Below are positions 46,326-60,539 of a stretch of 64,000 nucleotides of DNA, piece by piece. This stretch comes from the human T2T-CHM13v2.0 reference genome, Homo sapiens, in assembly GCF_009914755.1 (NCBI RefSeq), contig NC_060926.1. The stretch is one strand, 5' to 3'. A program made the translations under genes and the position numbers. The first letter of the stretch is position 1, and every line of letters starts with the position of its first letter. Below the pieces are notes generated by a model that ran no database searches, was not told where the DNA came from, and saw only the letters and a program-made list of their open reading frames with translations.

Positions 46326-46928
46326 GGCTGCCAAGCAGCAGTCTCCCCCACGTTTTGAGGACTTTGTCATTCAGTGCCTCAGTGATTTCTCATGTCTAAG
46401 ACAAAGAGTACTCCGTTCTTAAGAGTAATCTTATTTTCCTGATCTTATTTTCCTGAAGCATGAAATATACTCAGGTAGCCTTCAGAAAACAGGCACTTCC
46501 TATAGGCACTTGGACACACTTACGAAACCATCAACTGGAAATTAAAACCTACTCATACATTCCTTCTAAACAAAATGAAGAAGTTTGAAACTATTTTGAA
46601 GAAACACATATGAACAGTTTAATCTCGATGTCTCAGGAAAACTTTTTTATGAGACCACACAATATATTTAAAAAAAAAAAAAAAACTCTTCTGGAGTACT
46701 TTTACTCATGTACCCAAGCTCAATCATGGATTGATGGCATCATCATTGCGTACATTTGTGCAGTTATTCAGCAAACACTCATTGTGTACTCACTGTGTGT
46801 GAGTACTCACCCACTGAGTGAGTGAATGCCAAATGCATTCTGCATCATTCCAGTTTCCACTATCCATTGTGCATACTTGTATTTCCATGGGCAGTGTCCC
46901 ACCTTGCATTAACATCCCTATTTTCTAA

Positions 46929-47226
46929 TTTTTTTTTCAAGCGAGGGGACAGAGTCTCGCTCTGTCTCCCAGGCTGGAGTGCAGTGGCAGTATCTCAGCT
47001 TACTGCAACCTCTGCCTCCCAGGTTCAAGCGATTCTTCTGCCTCACCCTTTTGAGTAGCTGGGATTACAGGCATGCATCACAACGCCTAGCAAATTTTTG
47101 TATGTTTAGTAGAGATGTGGTTTCGCTATGTTGGGCAAGCTTGTCTCGAACTCCTGACCTCAGGTGATCCACCATCTCTGCCTCCCAAAGTGCTGAGATT
47201 ACAGCCATAAGCCACCATGCCCGGTC
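46929..47226 (-). mobile_element. AluS
   Basis: CTCCTGACCTCAGGTGATCC and other Alu antisense text. Confidence 0.95.
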
Positions 47227-49184
47227 AGAAATACTTATTTTTAAAGATTCAGTTCAAGTGGTGCCTCTTCTGCAAAGTTTTTTCTTTTATCTTAACCAAG
47301 TGCAATCTTTCATTACCCTGTTGTCATTCTCATAGAATTTTGTTTATCACTCTACATGGTAATGCATTCTATTTATTTATATACAGTATACTTATTGATT
47401 CAACAAACATTTATTGAATGCTTTCTAAGTGTTCCTCTAAGTCAGTGCTAAATTTTGAGTCTACAGAAATTAGAATTATGCAAAAGATATTCCAGCTTGG
47501 GTTCATTACCTAGTGGAAGATGCTCAGCTTTATGCCTCATGTAAGACTGAAAATTATTTGATGTTTCAAGCTATGTCATGTTCATATATGAAAGCATTAC
47601 ATAAACCAGCACCTGGTTTTTCCTATAGACACTTCAAAAGTAGTTGCTTAACCGAATTGGCTTAAAATAGCATGCAATACTTGCAGTGAAAACAACAAAT
47701 AGTTATGTATAAGGAGAATGTAGCATTGGTATTATTATCTTGTTATTTCATGGTACATGAAAGTAAGATATTTATTCTTTCTAGAGTATAAAACTAAGAA
47801 TAGACTGACTAAATGGATGAAACTCCATGTTTATAAGCATATAGGAGGGCTCACTAGATCCTTAAATGAACGCAATTTGACATTAAATGAATTTTGAATA
47901 TATTACTGACTAAATTTCAAGAAACATTAAATAAATTACATCATGAAAATGCCTTAGGCAGCATGCTCACAGGGGAATATCCACATATAACAATTGACAA
48001 CACATAAAAATCATGTCCATTTCTTTCTCCCAGTGTTGTAAATGCATTCCTCTGCATTTTCATTCAAATAAAAAATGATGAGACAGTGAAGCTTATTTCA
48101 AGGTTGATTTAAATTTTGCATGGGTAGATAAGTTGATTCTTTATTTTAGTCAGCCTCAGTCCCACTGTTTTAAAATCCTAATGTGGGTCATTCAATTTTT
48201 TTCAGTACTTTTTCTATCCTTCTAAGTCCTTACTCCTTACAGTTGATTTCTAGATCTAAATGACTTGCTATCTTCACTTTTTCCACCAGTACCACAAAAG
48301 AAGATAATATGTATATATTACTCTTTGAAAGTTTTGTTTCATTGGCATCACTTAAGTCAGTGTAGATCTGGAGAAATGGGTCTTTAAAAGGCCTTTTCCA
48401 GTGATAGCTAAATGTCTTGCATAATTTATTAGGAGTTTACTATGTCAATAATTTGTAAAATACTCAAATCTCACCTTTCATATTCTACTTACTCATGATA
48501 TTTCTGTAACAGAGTAAATTCAAATTGTTGATTTAATCTAATTTTAGTGTCCCATGGAAATTTGGGAAAAAATAAGCCAAATGGTGAAGATGGGGAAAAG
48601 TTCTATACATGTTCTCAAATGTAAACTTTGATAATCTTACAGCCTGATAAACTCAGTGTTTGGGCAATCCTCAAGGCTGAAGCAGATTCAGACATGAAAA
48701 AGCAAATGAAAACAGAGGGGTTATGGCAACAAAGAAAAAATGAGCAGAGGGGTAATTTGGAAGAAGAAGGCTGGTGCTCCGTGCCTAAAAGAAGTCAGTT
48801 AAGAAAGCACACTTCTGAAAGTGGACTATCAGTTTTCGCTCAGGTTTTAACACAGAATGAATGAAAGACAAATTTTGTTTAGCTTTCTAAACATCACTTG
48901 AAGGTAAACAATAAAGGATGGAAAGGAAGCAACGCATTTACTCTTGGTCAGACTGAAGATCTCTTTAGTAACCTGTAAACTCTCTTCCAGTCATCTCAGT
49001 AGTAGAAGAGAGTGTATTTGAAAGCTTCTAATTACCCACCTCCTGCTGAGCAGTCCTGAACCAGGTTAGGTTCGGCAGGTGCATCAGTCAACAGTTCGGG
49101 CCAGTACATCTTATTGAAGATCATTACATCCACCTCTGGTTATATGGTTTTTATTCCCAGCTTCATATTTTTATTCCTAGCTTC

Positions 49185-50330
<1,146 letters not shown>

Positions 50331-51394
50331 CTGCATGAGTTTGGCTAATAGGAATTGTTAACCTTCAAATATCACAAAAAGGCTATTTGAAAAATAAATA
50401 AAGGCTAGCCCCTCCCCCAAATTACCTAGAAAACTCTAGGTATTTACCACGTAGAATAGTAAGAAAAGTTATAAAGAAAATTGAATAGCATAATTACCAA
50501 AGAAAAGAGAAAAAATGGGTGAGACAAGGTGAAATATTTTTAAATTCCAAATAAGAGATAAGCAATTCAAATTGATATCAAAATAAATACAGTAAAGGAA
50601 GAAAGCAGCTTTAAAAGTCAAAGCAGCTGTGAAAAGACACCAAGAAGCTTTAAATGTATATAACCAAGTGAAAGAGGCCAATTCAAAAAGGCTATTTACT
50701 GTATGACTCCAACCATATGATATTCTTGAAAAGTCAAAACTATGCCAAAAGTAGACAATGCCAAACAAGAACCAAGGAATATGCTTGGGAAGAAACAAGG
50801 TCATACACAAGTTCTCAGTGACTTCGAAATTAAACTCAATTTAAGCTAAACACACAAAAAAGCAGATCATTTTGATGGCAGAATTGACTCAAGATCTTTC
50901 AGGAAACATTAGTTCCAGTCAACTAAACACAATAAAGAGAAAAAGTAAATAAAATCAGGTACATGCACGTTTAAAAATCAAAACAAATGCAAGTCTGATT
51001 ATAAAACAAGCCCCAACCACTCGGCCAAATTATCGTCTATTGTTGAAAAAAAGTGGGGATGGCATGGGATGTTTTAAAAGAACATCAGAAATCCCCAGTA
51101 AAAGTTCCAGTAAGTTAGAGACTTCCAGATACCATGTATGTTAATCTTTTTTTTAATCTAAAAGTTACCCTTCTGATGATAAAAAGAAATCAACAAGCTA
51201 TATCTATTTGTAACACAAATTTTAATGGGCATAAGTTCCTAGGCAGAGCGTGGGAAAGTCCAATTCTCTTTACATACATTAATCTAGCAGCTACACAAGT
51301 CAAAACCCCACTAACAATTTCTGATTATTTAATTGGAACATGATCTATGAGAGGTTGCTCTACAGGCAAGCCTAAATGTTCCACTCTCTTTTGT

Positions 51395-52029
51395 GGCTGC
51401 TTGTACACATCGACATTGATTGACAGAATTCTACTCTATGCCTCACAACACACATATTACACACCTCGATCCCAAGAACCTTTAAATATTATATATCAGT
51501 CTCATGAACATGCTATGTTAGATGGCCAACTGGCCTATGCAAATGTAATTAAGGCTATGAATCAGTTACTAATCAGTTAATTTTAAAATTGATTATTCCA
51601 GACTATTGGGATGGATCCCACGTAATCACATATGTACTTAGAGGCATAAAAGAAATTTAGAAACATTAGAAAGACTTGACATGCTCTTGTTCCTCAAAGA
51701 TGGTAGAGGGGACCATGTGAGAATGAAGAAATTAAGGCGACCTCTAGGAGTTGAGGGTAGCCCTTTCTGACAACCAGCAAGGAAGCAGGGACCTCAGAAC
51801 TATAAACAGAACTGAGTTCTGACAAGAACCTGAGTATGCCTGGAGGTCATTGTTCCCTAAAGCTGCCAAATAGGAAACCAGCTTGTCTGATACCTTGATT
51901 TTGGCCTTCTTAACGCTAAGCTGAACCTACTAAACTTCCAACCTCCAGAATGGTGAGATAATAAATCTGTGCCGATTCAAGACACTGCACATGTGCTCAT
52001 TTGTTACACAGCACTAGAAAACTAACACA
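51395..52029 (+). mobile_element. MLT1D/E LTR
   Basis: GCAAGGAAGCAGGGACCTCAG..ACCTTGATTTTGGCC..TTTGTTACACAGCACTAGAAAACTAACACA. Confidence 0.85.
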
Positions 52030-52446
52030 CCACAGACCACCACACCAAGAGCTTTCCTTCAAAACCCCAAAGGACAATAGTTCCCTCATTACTGTCCTCA
52101 CAAAGCACCCCCACACATACACCTTCATATTTATCTGCTAAGCATTGATATATATTTGCTAACCAATAGCCACTTCATGCTGTCTACCAGAACTTGCTTG
52201 ACTTCCCTTTGCTGAACTGCGCAAGCCCCTACTCTAGGCTAACTTCTGAGTTTTAAGCAGCTGCTCTGCTTTCCTGTTATTGACTAGAAATGCCCCTGCT
52301 ACCCTACCCTGAATGTCTTCTTTGCTGGAGCAGCTACCACACTGTTCTGTGTACCAATGCATGACTTACACTGCTGGGGTCCAGCCTTTGCTACACCACA
52401 CTGTATTGCTGCTGGTGTAACCACACTGCCACTGTGCCTGATACCA

Positions 52447-52528
52447 CTGCTTAGCTCTCTTTCTTTGCTTTCAAACTAGTAGAAAGGCCCTCTGCTTAGC
52501 TCTCTTTCCTTGCTTTCAAACTAGTAGA
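52447..52528. repeat. Tandem duplication, 37-bp copies at 45-bp period
   Basis: CTGCTTAGCTCTCTTTC(T/C)TTGCTTTCAAACTAGTAGA twice. Confidence 0.95.
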
Positions 52529-52580
52529 TCAAATACAGAGGGATTTCAAACCTCTATCTTTCAATTTCCTGCCATGGGGT

Positions 52581-52950
52581 TTATAATAGTCAGCTCAAGC
52601 TGCCATAACAAAATACCTCTGACTGGATGACTTAAAAAAAAAAAGATTTATTTTCTCATAGTTCTAGAAGCTGGAAGTCTAAGATCAGGTTGTCAGCATC
52701 ATTGGGTTCTGGTAAGGGCTCTCTTCCTGACTTGCAGACAGCTGCCTTCTTGCTGTGTTCTCACGTGTCAGAGAGATCAAGCTGCCCGGTATCTTTTCTT
52801 ACCAAGGCATTAATCCCATCATGAGGATCCCACCCTCATGACCTCATCTAAACTTAATTATCTCTCAAAGGCACCTTCTCCAAATACAATCACACTGGGG
52901 ATCAGGGCTTTATCATATGAATTTTGGGGATCCCAATGCGGTCCATAGCA
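52581..52950 (-). mobile_element. MLT1A/MST-like LTR
   Basis: GCTGCCATAACAAAATACC..GCTGGAAGTCTAAGATCAGG..CCATAGCA. Confidence 0.9.
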
Positions 52951-53332
52951 AGGTCTTCCTAGGAAAACAGGATGTTAGTTTTTGTTTCCCTCCAAGAAAT
53001 TAACAATTTAAAAATAATAGATACTTTATTTCACACCACTGATTCTAAACTTGAACAATGATTCTCTATGTTTTCTTTCAATGCCAGGATAATATCATCT
53101 CCTTTTAACTCTCATCCCTCCTTCTTTATATCACTATTCTAACTTTCCATCGGAAGCAATGTCTCTCTTCCCTCTATACAAGATTAGGACATACGTAGAA
53201 GGTTTGTAGCTATCAGTTCATGTTCTCCTCTTTTCTCTGTGTAATCCAATGGTGTGAATCCCTCAGAATATTTTCTATTGACTAAAAATTGGCAAAATAG
53301 GTCTACAATTTGGGACAAGAGAGGCCATATAC

Positions 53333-53676
53333 TACAGGTTGGCAAACTTTTTCTGTGAAAGTCCAAATAATAAATATTTTAGGCTCTGGAGGACTCTGTC
53401 ACAACTACCCAACTGTGCCCTCACCATTTAGAAATGGTCATAGAAAAAAAAAAAAAAAGAAAAGAAAAGAAATTGTGTAAACAAATGGGCATGGCTGTGT
53501 TCCATTACAGCTGTGAAGGCTGGAATTAAAACTCCACATATTTTTACATGTCACAAAATTCTTCTTTTGATTTTTTCAACTGTTTAAAAATGTAGAAAAC
53601 ACTTTTAGCTTGTGCCCTCTAGAAAACCTGGCAGCAAGCCTGATTTGGCTCTCAGGCTGTACTTTGTCCATCCCTG
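53333..53676. mobile_element. MER58B (hAT-Charlie MITE)
   Basis: TIR-like GGTTGGCAAAC / TTTGTCCATCCCTG; 8-bp TSD CCATATAC/CCATAAAC. Confidence 0.9.
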
Positions 53677-54359
53677 CCATAAACTAAGAGAGAGGAGCTT
53701 CAGAAGAATCAAGTTTCTCTCACCACTTTTTTCTCTCTATATTACCATCTGTTTACTAACCCAGAGCCTTTGCTAAAGTCTTATCTAAATATTCCCCGTG
53801 GGTTTCAGCTGTTCTGTTGGGAATTACATCTCAGGACAGAACAGTAAAGAGAAAGCAGGGTCCCCAGGGCCTGGCAGGCAATAAGAACGCCCTAAAGGAC
53901 AAAGTTCTTTTCCTGAGCTCTGCTCTCCCAGCCATATAGAGATTTTTCAGCTATGTTGGAGAATTAGGGTTTGTGTTTATCAATGGCGGTAAGATTTCAG
54001 GTTTTCCTTAGAGTCACTAGGCTTTTTTTTTTTTTAGGTTTCTTCCTGGTCATCACGAGGAATCTCTTCTTCCTTCAGTCTTCATCCCCAACAAGATGAC
54101 ACCACTTCCTTCCTTTTACCATAGATGATCTGGGATTCACAGAGAGAGGAAATCTGTAGTAGGAGCTTTAGATTCACTCTAGTGTTGGCTCCAGATTGGA
54201 TCTTGGATGTTACCTCTGTTGATTCTTTACTTTTGCTCCAACAATTCTGCATCAGTGTGTATGCCTGTATATATGGGGGTGTGAGGATTCGAGTGCCAGT
54301 TATTTTTACAGTAATCTTTCCAGCGCCCAATCCTCACAGCTCTCCTATATTTATAACAC

Positions 54360-54600
54360 AAAATGCACAGTAGATTTGAAGTCAAACAATCTGGTGTTTG
54401 GCTTCAGTTCCTCTCTTGTAAAGCTATGCAAAGTTGAACAAATCAATTGGCCTCTTGGACCTCAGAACTGAAGGAGCATAATAATGCTTTTTCTACCCCT
54501 ATTTTGGGGTGGGTGAGAGGAGCAAATAAAACAATATATACCAATGCCTTTTGGAAAATATAAGCTGCTATAAAAATTGGGGGCACTGTGATTACTATTA
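54360..54600 (+). mobile_element. MIR SINE
   Basis: TTTGAAGTCAAACAATCTGG..CTCTTGGACCTCAG. Confidence 0.65.
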
Positions 54601-55264
54601 CTCATTTGTTTTAATAACCGATCTGATACTTTGGCTTTGAAAACTTGTCCCAGAAATTTTCTTAGTTTATCTCTATTCCTAAAAATGCTTATGCTGTTTA
54701 GCTCTCAGTTACAAATACCACTTGAGCATTTAACAATGTAGTATGTCCAGCCTTGTATGTCTCTTATAAAGTTAGAAACTCAAAGTTTGGTAGGCCCCAG
54801 TAGCCTAGGGAATAGGCTGGCACTGGAAGATTTGGAGTGAAAAGGCCTTTGATGCCGGCCCTCACTCCAATTCAGCAAACTAAATTCCTTATTTCATTTC
54901 CTACTCCCAGTGAATTACAATGTGGCAAGGTACTCTGAAAGAGCATTTAATCATAGTGCAAGTCATAAGACAGGTTATTAATAAGTGATTATTTCTCATA
55001 ACAAAGAAGCTTGTTATAGTCAGAGCTATTGTTTATACTTACAAGAAATGCTCTTCTGCTTAAAATGAAGTTGGTTCCCACTTTTAATATAGTTTGAGTA
55101 AGTGTGAGTAATTAGAACATAAAACTGGATGAAATAACAAAGGATCCTCAGAAACGTTCACAGAATCTTTGCCACATGATAATGGGGCAAATATCAACCC
55201 ACGGTTTTAACTTTCTCAGTCCCAGATGCTACTATCAACACACATATATATCCTCTATATTCAT

Positions 55265-55455
55265 AAAGACCTGAAATGAACATACTAGAACCATGGAAGT
55301 AGAAGAGATCTCAAGACTATAGGCAATTTAATCAACAAAAAAATGCAATCGAGACCTATCAGGTAAGTGTTTTGCCCAGTTCACAATGAAAGTCAGTGAG
55401 AGAACAGGTCTAGCGTCCAGGTTTCCAAACCCCTGGCCCAGCGCCTTTCTGCTCC
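55265..55455 (-). mobile_element. MIR (MIRc/MIR3) fragment
   Basis: AGGTAAGTGTTTTGCCCAGTTCACA. Confidence 0.6.
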
Positions 55456-57389
55456 ATGAACTTGTCTGTAGAGTGAAGGTGCACATTGGCTACCTATTAG
55501 AGAATTCAATGAAACAATGCAAGTGGTGAACAAAATATGGTTGGGTGTAGGAGGAAATAAAAAGACAAATGAGAAGAACATAAAAGCAGGAGAACAGGGA
55601 TTTCTTCCTTATTCTTATTTTACTCACCAGAAATCATGTTCCTCATATTCATCTCAAGGCTATGGTGATTCTGGGAATTCTGCCTGATGCTGGAGACTTA
55701 GAAAAGAATGTTCTCTAACCACTTCCACACAAATAATGTAATAGACTACCAGTCTCTGGACACTTGTGCCACCTGCAAGAGCATCATTATCCTATTGTTC
55801 TTCTGTGTCTGGACAAGGGTGACACCACGCTCAGGCCCTAGAAACATGAGCATGAGAGTGAAGTAACCCCTTAATGATGAGTTTTCTCAGCAAACACTGT
55901 TGTTCTTGAGACTAGAACATATTGAACTCCTAGCAAAGGTTAGTAAGTATTGAGTCTCCCCTTCCTTTACTTAAGGATTACTAAGGATTTTCAATTCAGG
56001 GAGAAAAGAGCATTCTTGTAGAAATAAGAACACAAAAAAAATCTATAAAGAAAATTAAAAATTAAATCCAAAGTTCATATGATCACAATGAAAAGACAGG
56101 TTTTGCAAGAACATATACAAACAAACGATATACATTAAACACATTAGAATGTGTTCTTGCAGTTGAAAAGGAAAATGGGATTGTGGATAAAGGGAATAAA
56201 TAGAGAAAATAAACAAAATAGAATTTTAAAAGTGTTTGTTTGTTGGGGGCATAGAGTAGTAGTGACAGCAATACTATTTTCCTACAAGAAATATCCATTC
56301 ATTATGAACCATATCACTTGACCTGACTACATAAGGAACTCAGGTGTCCAAGTTGTTAAGTCCATGGCACAAATTTGTAATAAAATCTTACATTCTGTGG
56401 TTTTTATAAGAGTGACCTGTGAGAGCTCTATTAAAACGCAAAATGCTATAAATTACTGCATTCAACCAGGAGAGAGAGACAGCTGGGAATGAAAGGAAAA
56501 AAAATTGCCAACTGAAACACATTGTTGGGCCGATTGGATTTACTCTAACACCTAAGGTTTCACAGCGGGTTGTAAAATGACCATTTGGTTTTCTTTCTAT
56601 AATGAGCTACTGAGAATATTAGCATCCTGACAATTTTTACATATGGAGTGAACACAGGATGTGGCAGTGATGAGAAGGAAAAAACTCCAGGGACATGAGG
56701 AGGAGCCTCAAATGAAGCCTAGGGTTTAATCCTGGAAAGTGTGTGGAAAGAACAAAGATTGATGCAAGAGGAACCACGGAACCTACCAAGACACAAGGCT
56801 TTCTGCCAACAAGGAGGTTTTTCTTTGCAGGATGAACTTGTACGTTCAGGAAATTCAGCAGCAGGTTTAATTTTTAGTTGGCTATTTTTAAAATACGAAA
56901 CATAAGAAATAGCCATACCCCTCAAAATATATGGCCCCTGGAATCCAAAGGAGGTTGTTGTCATAAAATTTAAAGCTTAATGCAACTTTCCACAAAAGTT
57001 CTTATTTTCTGCCCCTCCACCTTCCCCCACACTTCATGAATAGCCCATTTTCAGTAGCTTTCATTTCTGTTCCTACGTAAGGTATTAGCTCACTCTCTTC
57101 TTCCCCTTGGCCTCTGGCCTTGAGAGAGATTCTGGGTACTGCATGGAGGAGAGCAACACAGGGCAACTCTTCAGCTGCTCCACTTCCTCCTCAGGTGTCA
57201 ACCAAGTTCACCCAGCACCTCTTTATTTAAGAAGCCTTGTCCAGAAACCAGAGGGTACTGGGAAGAGTGGTGAGCCACAAGGATTGGCTACATTCTAAAC
57301 CATTTAATAACCGCCTTCTCAGAGTGACACTAGAGAAAAGCAAGCTGGCTCCAAGAGGCTTCTTGACAGTATGGAATAAAAGTCCAGAA

Positions 57390-57570
57390 TAGTCCCTCTG
57401 TACCATGTCTGTTTGTTAGAGTCACCCAGGGGAGCTTTAAAAATATACCCATGCTCAGGTCCAACCCCAAACTAATTAAATCAGAATCTCTGAGGGTGGG
57501 GGTTAGCCTGAGTATTATTAAAGCCCCTTGGATAATTGTAATAGACAGTCGGGGTGAGAAACTATTGTTC
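57390..57570. mobile_element. MER5-like DNA transposon
   Basis: TTAGAGTCACCCAGGGGAGCTT..ATTAAATCAGAATCTCTG..GGTGAGAAACTATTG. Confidence 0.8.
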
Positions 57571-58924
57571 TAGAAGATCTAAGGAACAGATAATTAATAT
57601 AATCTAGTTGCTTATTAAGGGCATTTTTCTAACAAAACATTTAATTAGTAGCTAATCAAGGCAGCTGAAATGGAGAATTAAACCCAGGCTTTGTCTCACG
57701 GCACTTTTTGAGATCAGAGCCAGATGCTAATTTATAAAGTGACAAATTACAGAAGGCTGAGAAGAATGGAAGAGAGTAAGGTATGCTGGAAGGTGGGTGG
57801 ACTTCAGCAAAAGGGAACTTTCACAGCTTCTGAGAGTGGGAACCGTTTCAGGCATCTTCAAATTCTCCTCACCTAACACAGTGAGTGTCTGCACATAGCG
57901 GGTTTATAACTCCCATAATGTGACTGAACAGTCAGGATTCTTTTGGTCTGTCCAATAGATCCAGATTTTCAAGTGTTTTCCTCCTGAAAAGCAGTATCCT
58001 TTCAGTGGGCACCCGCAGGCAAGATGGGATGGTGACATGAGGGCACATGGAACTGACTGATAATTTGGTGCCTCTTACAACTGATAATCACTTTCAGTGT
58101 TGGCTGGCCATTATTTAGGAGAAGCCAAAGGCTTCTTTGGGGAAGGACAGAGAAAGTGCTGGTAGTAATCCGGCTCTCATTTTGTGTATAAACCAATCAG
58201 CACTGGTACCAAACTTGAATACAGTGCTTTGCAAAACAAAAGCCCTGTAGTTAACTAATCTACCCTACTCAAAATAATTTAGTGACAATCTGTTGTCACT
58301 CAAACTTGTTGCTGGAGGTATCATCTCAATCACCCCCAAGTGGTTCCTTTTTCAATATTTCTACTAACTACATCAGTATTTTCCCTCAAAAGGACCCAGG
58401 GAGATAAAACTTGGTGCTTGTTTATAGGTCCTTGGTTCCCCAGAAATGTACCTATGCCTGGAGAAGGTTCATATCCAGCTTATTTTCCTGATTAATTTTC
58501 AATACTGCCACATTGCAAGGCACAAACTCAGAAATTTTCTGGGTCCTATTGGAAATCTCATTTTCATTGCCAGACCCTCTTACTCACCTTCATGTTTTCC
58601 CAACTGAAGCATTACTCAATTCCCTGCATTGGCTCCAGGTCAATTCCCCACTCCTCCTCCTTGGAAATTCTGTGCTTCCATCGTACTGTAATACTTGACT
58701 ATCCATGAATTCAACCCACTCTTTGCCACCTGTGAACATTTTATCATGCTGCTTCTTATCTTTCATCTCTGCTGCAAAATCTAATCTAAAAAGTTTGTCT
58801 CAAATGCCATCATGTAATAAAACTCTTTTAGAACCAATTATGATTTTCTCTTTCCTGAGCCTCTATGACATTTGGCAATTCTTTTGTAGCATTCATACTG
58901 TTTTACTCCATGTACGTGTAGGTC

Positions 58925-59700
58925 TGTAATAGTTAGAATCTTTCAGTTACAAGTAACATAAAACTCACTCATGCTGCTAATACAACACAATATTTAACTG
59001 AGAAGTTGAGAAATAGAACAGACTTTCAGGCATGGTTAAAGCAGAAGCTGAGGTCCAAATATCTGCGACTCTTCAATTCTTCTCACTCAGTTCTATGTGT
59101 TGGCTTCGTCCTCAGAGATGACTTCCCTCATGGTAGTATGTTGGCTGCTGGCAGCAACCATACCTTTCTCTTTCGCCTATGACAGATACAGGATATATTA
59201 TCCCATAATAATTGAAAAATGAAATTTTGAGTTTCTTGCTGACTGAACCTGTTTGCCAAGAATCTCTTTAATCATAGAAATGTCATGCATTGATTGGCTC
59301 CAGCCTAAACCGGTCACTGTAGCACTGGAGTTTGTTTTAGATCAGGGGTTGGCACTGCCACAAACTGCACAGAGCAAAGGGAGCAAATATGGCCCACAAC
59401 CTGCTTCTGTAAATGAAATTTTATTGTAACACAGCCATACCCATTTGTTTATGTTCTCACTGTGGCTATTACAAGGATAGAGGTAAATTGTGACAGAGAC
59501 TATTCAGCTCCATAAAACCTAAAATTGTTACACTCTGGCCCTTCAGAGAAAAAGTTTCCCAATCCCTGGTTTAGACAAATTAAGGCACATCCTTGAAACT
59601 GGGCTTAGGGCTATTTCGTTGCTACATAAGGAAGGAGAGGAGGGTCCCCAAAAGAAAATGTGGGTTTTACTAGGAAAGGGGGAGAGGATCTTTGAAAGCA
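58925..59700 (-). mobile_element. Old MLT1 (K/L-like) LTR interrupted by MER58A
   Basis: TTCAGTTACAAGTAACATAAAACTCACTC..CTTCAGGCATGGTT..TGATTGGCTCCAGCCT. Confidence 0.7.
59343..59568. mobile_element. MER58A
   Basis: CAGGGGTTGGCA...AGTTTCCCAATCCCTG; TSD TTTTAGAT/GTTTAGAC. Confidence 0.9.
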
Positions 59701-59717
59701 CTGACCAAACTGTACTT

Positions 59718-60539
59718 TTTTTTAATGCTTTCTTTATAAATTATATCTAAACAATATACTTAATTTACCACTAATATAGTCACAGGTAAAATGTACTCTT
59801 CGACACATATGATGGATTCTTTTTTTTTTTTTTTTTAACTTTAAGTTACAGGATACATGTGCAGAATGTGCCACTTTGTTACATAGGTATAAATGTGCCA
59901 CGGTGGTTTACTACACCTATCAATCCATCATCTAGGTTTTAAGCCCTGCATACATTCGGTATTTGTCCTAATGCTCACCCTCCCCTTGCCCTCCACCCCA
60001 CCAAGAGGTCCTGGTGTGTGTTGCTCCCCTCCCTTTGTCCATGTGTTCTCATTGGTCAACTCCCACTTATGAGTGAGAACATGTGGTGTTTGGTTTTCTG
60101 TTCCTGTGTTAGTTTGCTGAGGATGATGGCTTCCAGCTTCATCCACGTCCCTGCAAAGGCCATGATCTCATTCTTTTTTATAGCTGCATAGTATTCCATG
60201 GTGTACATGTATCATATTTTCTTTATCCAGTCTATCGTTCATGGGCATTTGGGTTGGTTCCAAGTACTTGCTATTGTATATAGTGCTGCAATAAACATAT
60301 GTATGCATGTGTCTTTATAGTAGAATGATTTATAATCCTTTGGGTATATACCCAGTAATGGGATTGCTGGGTCAAATTGAATTTCTGGTTCTAAACCTTG
60401 AGGAATCGCCACACTGCCTTCCGCAATGGTTGAACTATTTTACACTCCCACCAACAGCATAAAAGCATTCCTACTTCTCCATAGCCTCGCCAGCATCTGT
60501 TGTTTCTTGACTTTTTAATAATTGCCATTCTGACTGGCA
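59718..60539 (-). mobile_element. 5'-truncated L1PA8-like element with probable 96-bp 3' transduction
   Basis: L1 3' end at 59837-60539, T17 at 59820-59836, unique sequence at 59724-59819, T8 at 59716-59723, TSD CAAACTGTACTT at 59706-59717 and 60540-60551. Confidence 0.9.
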
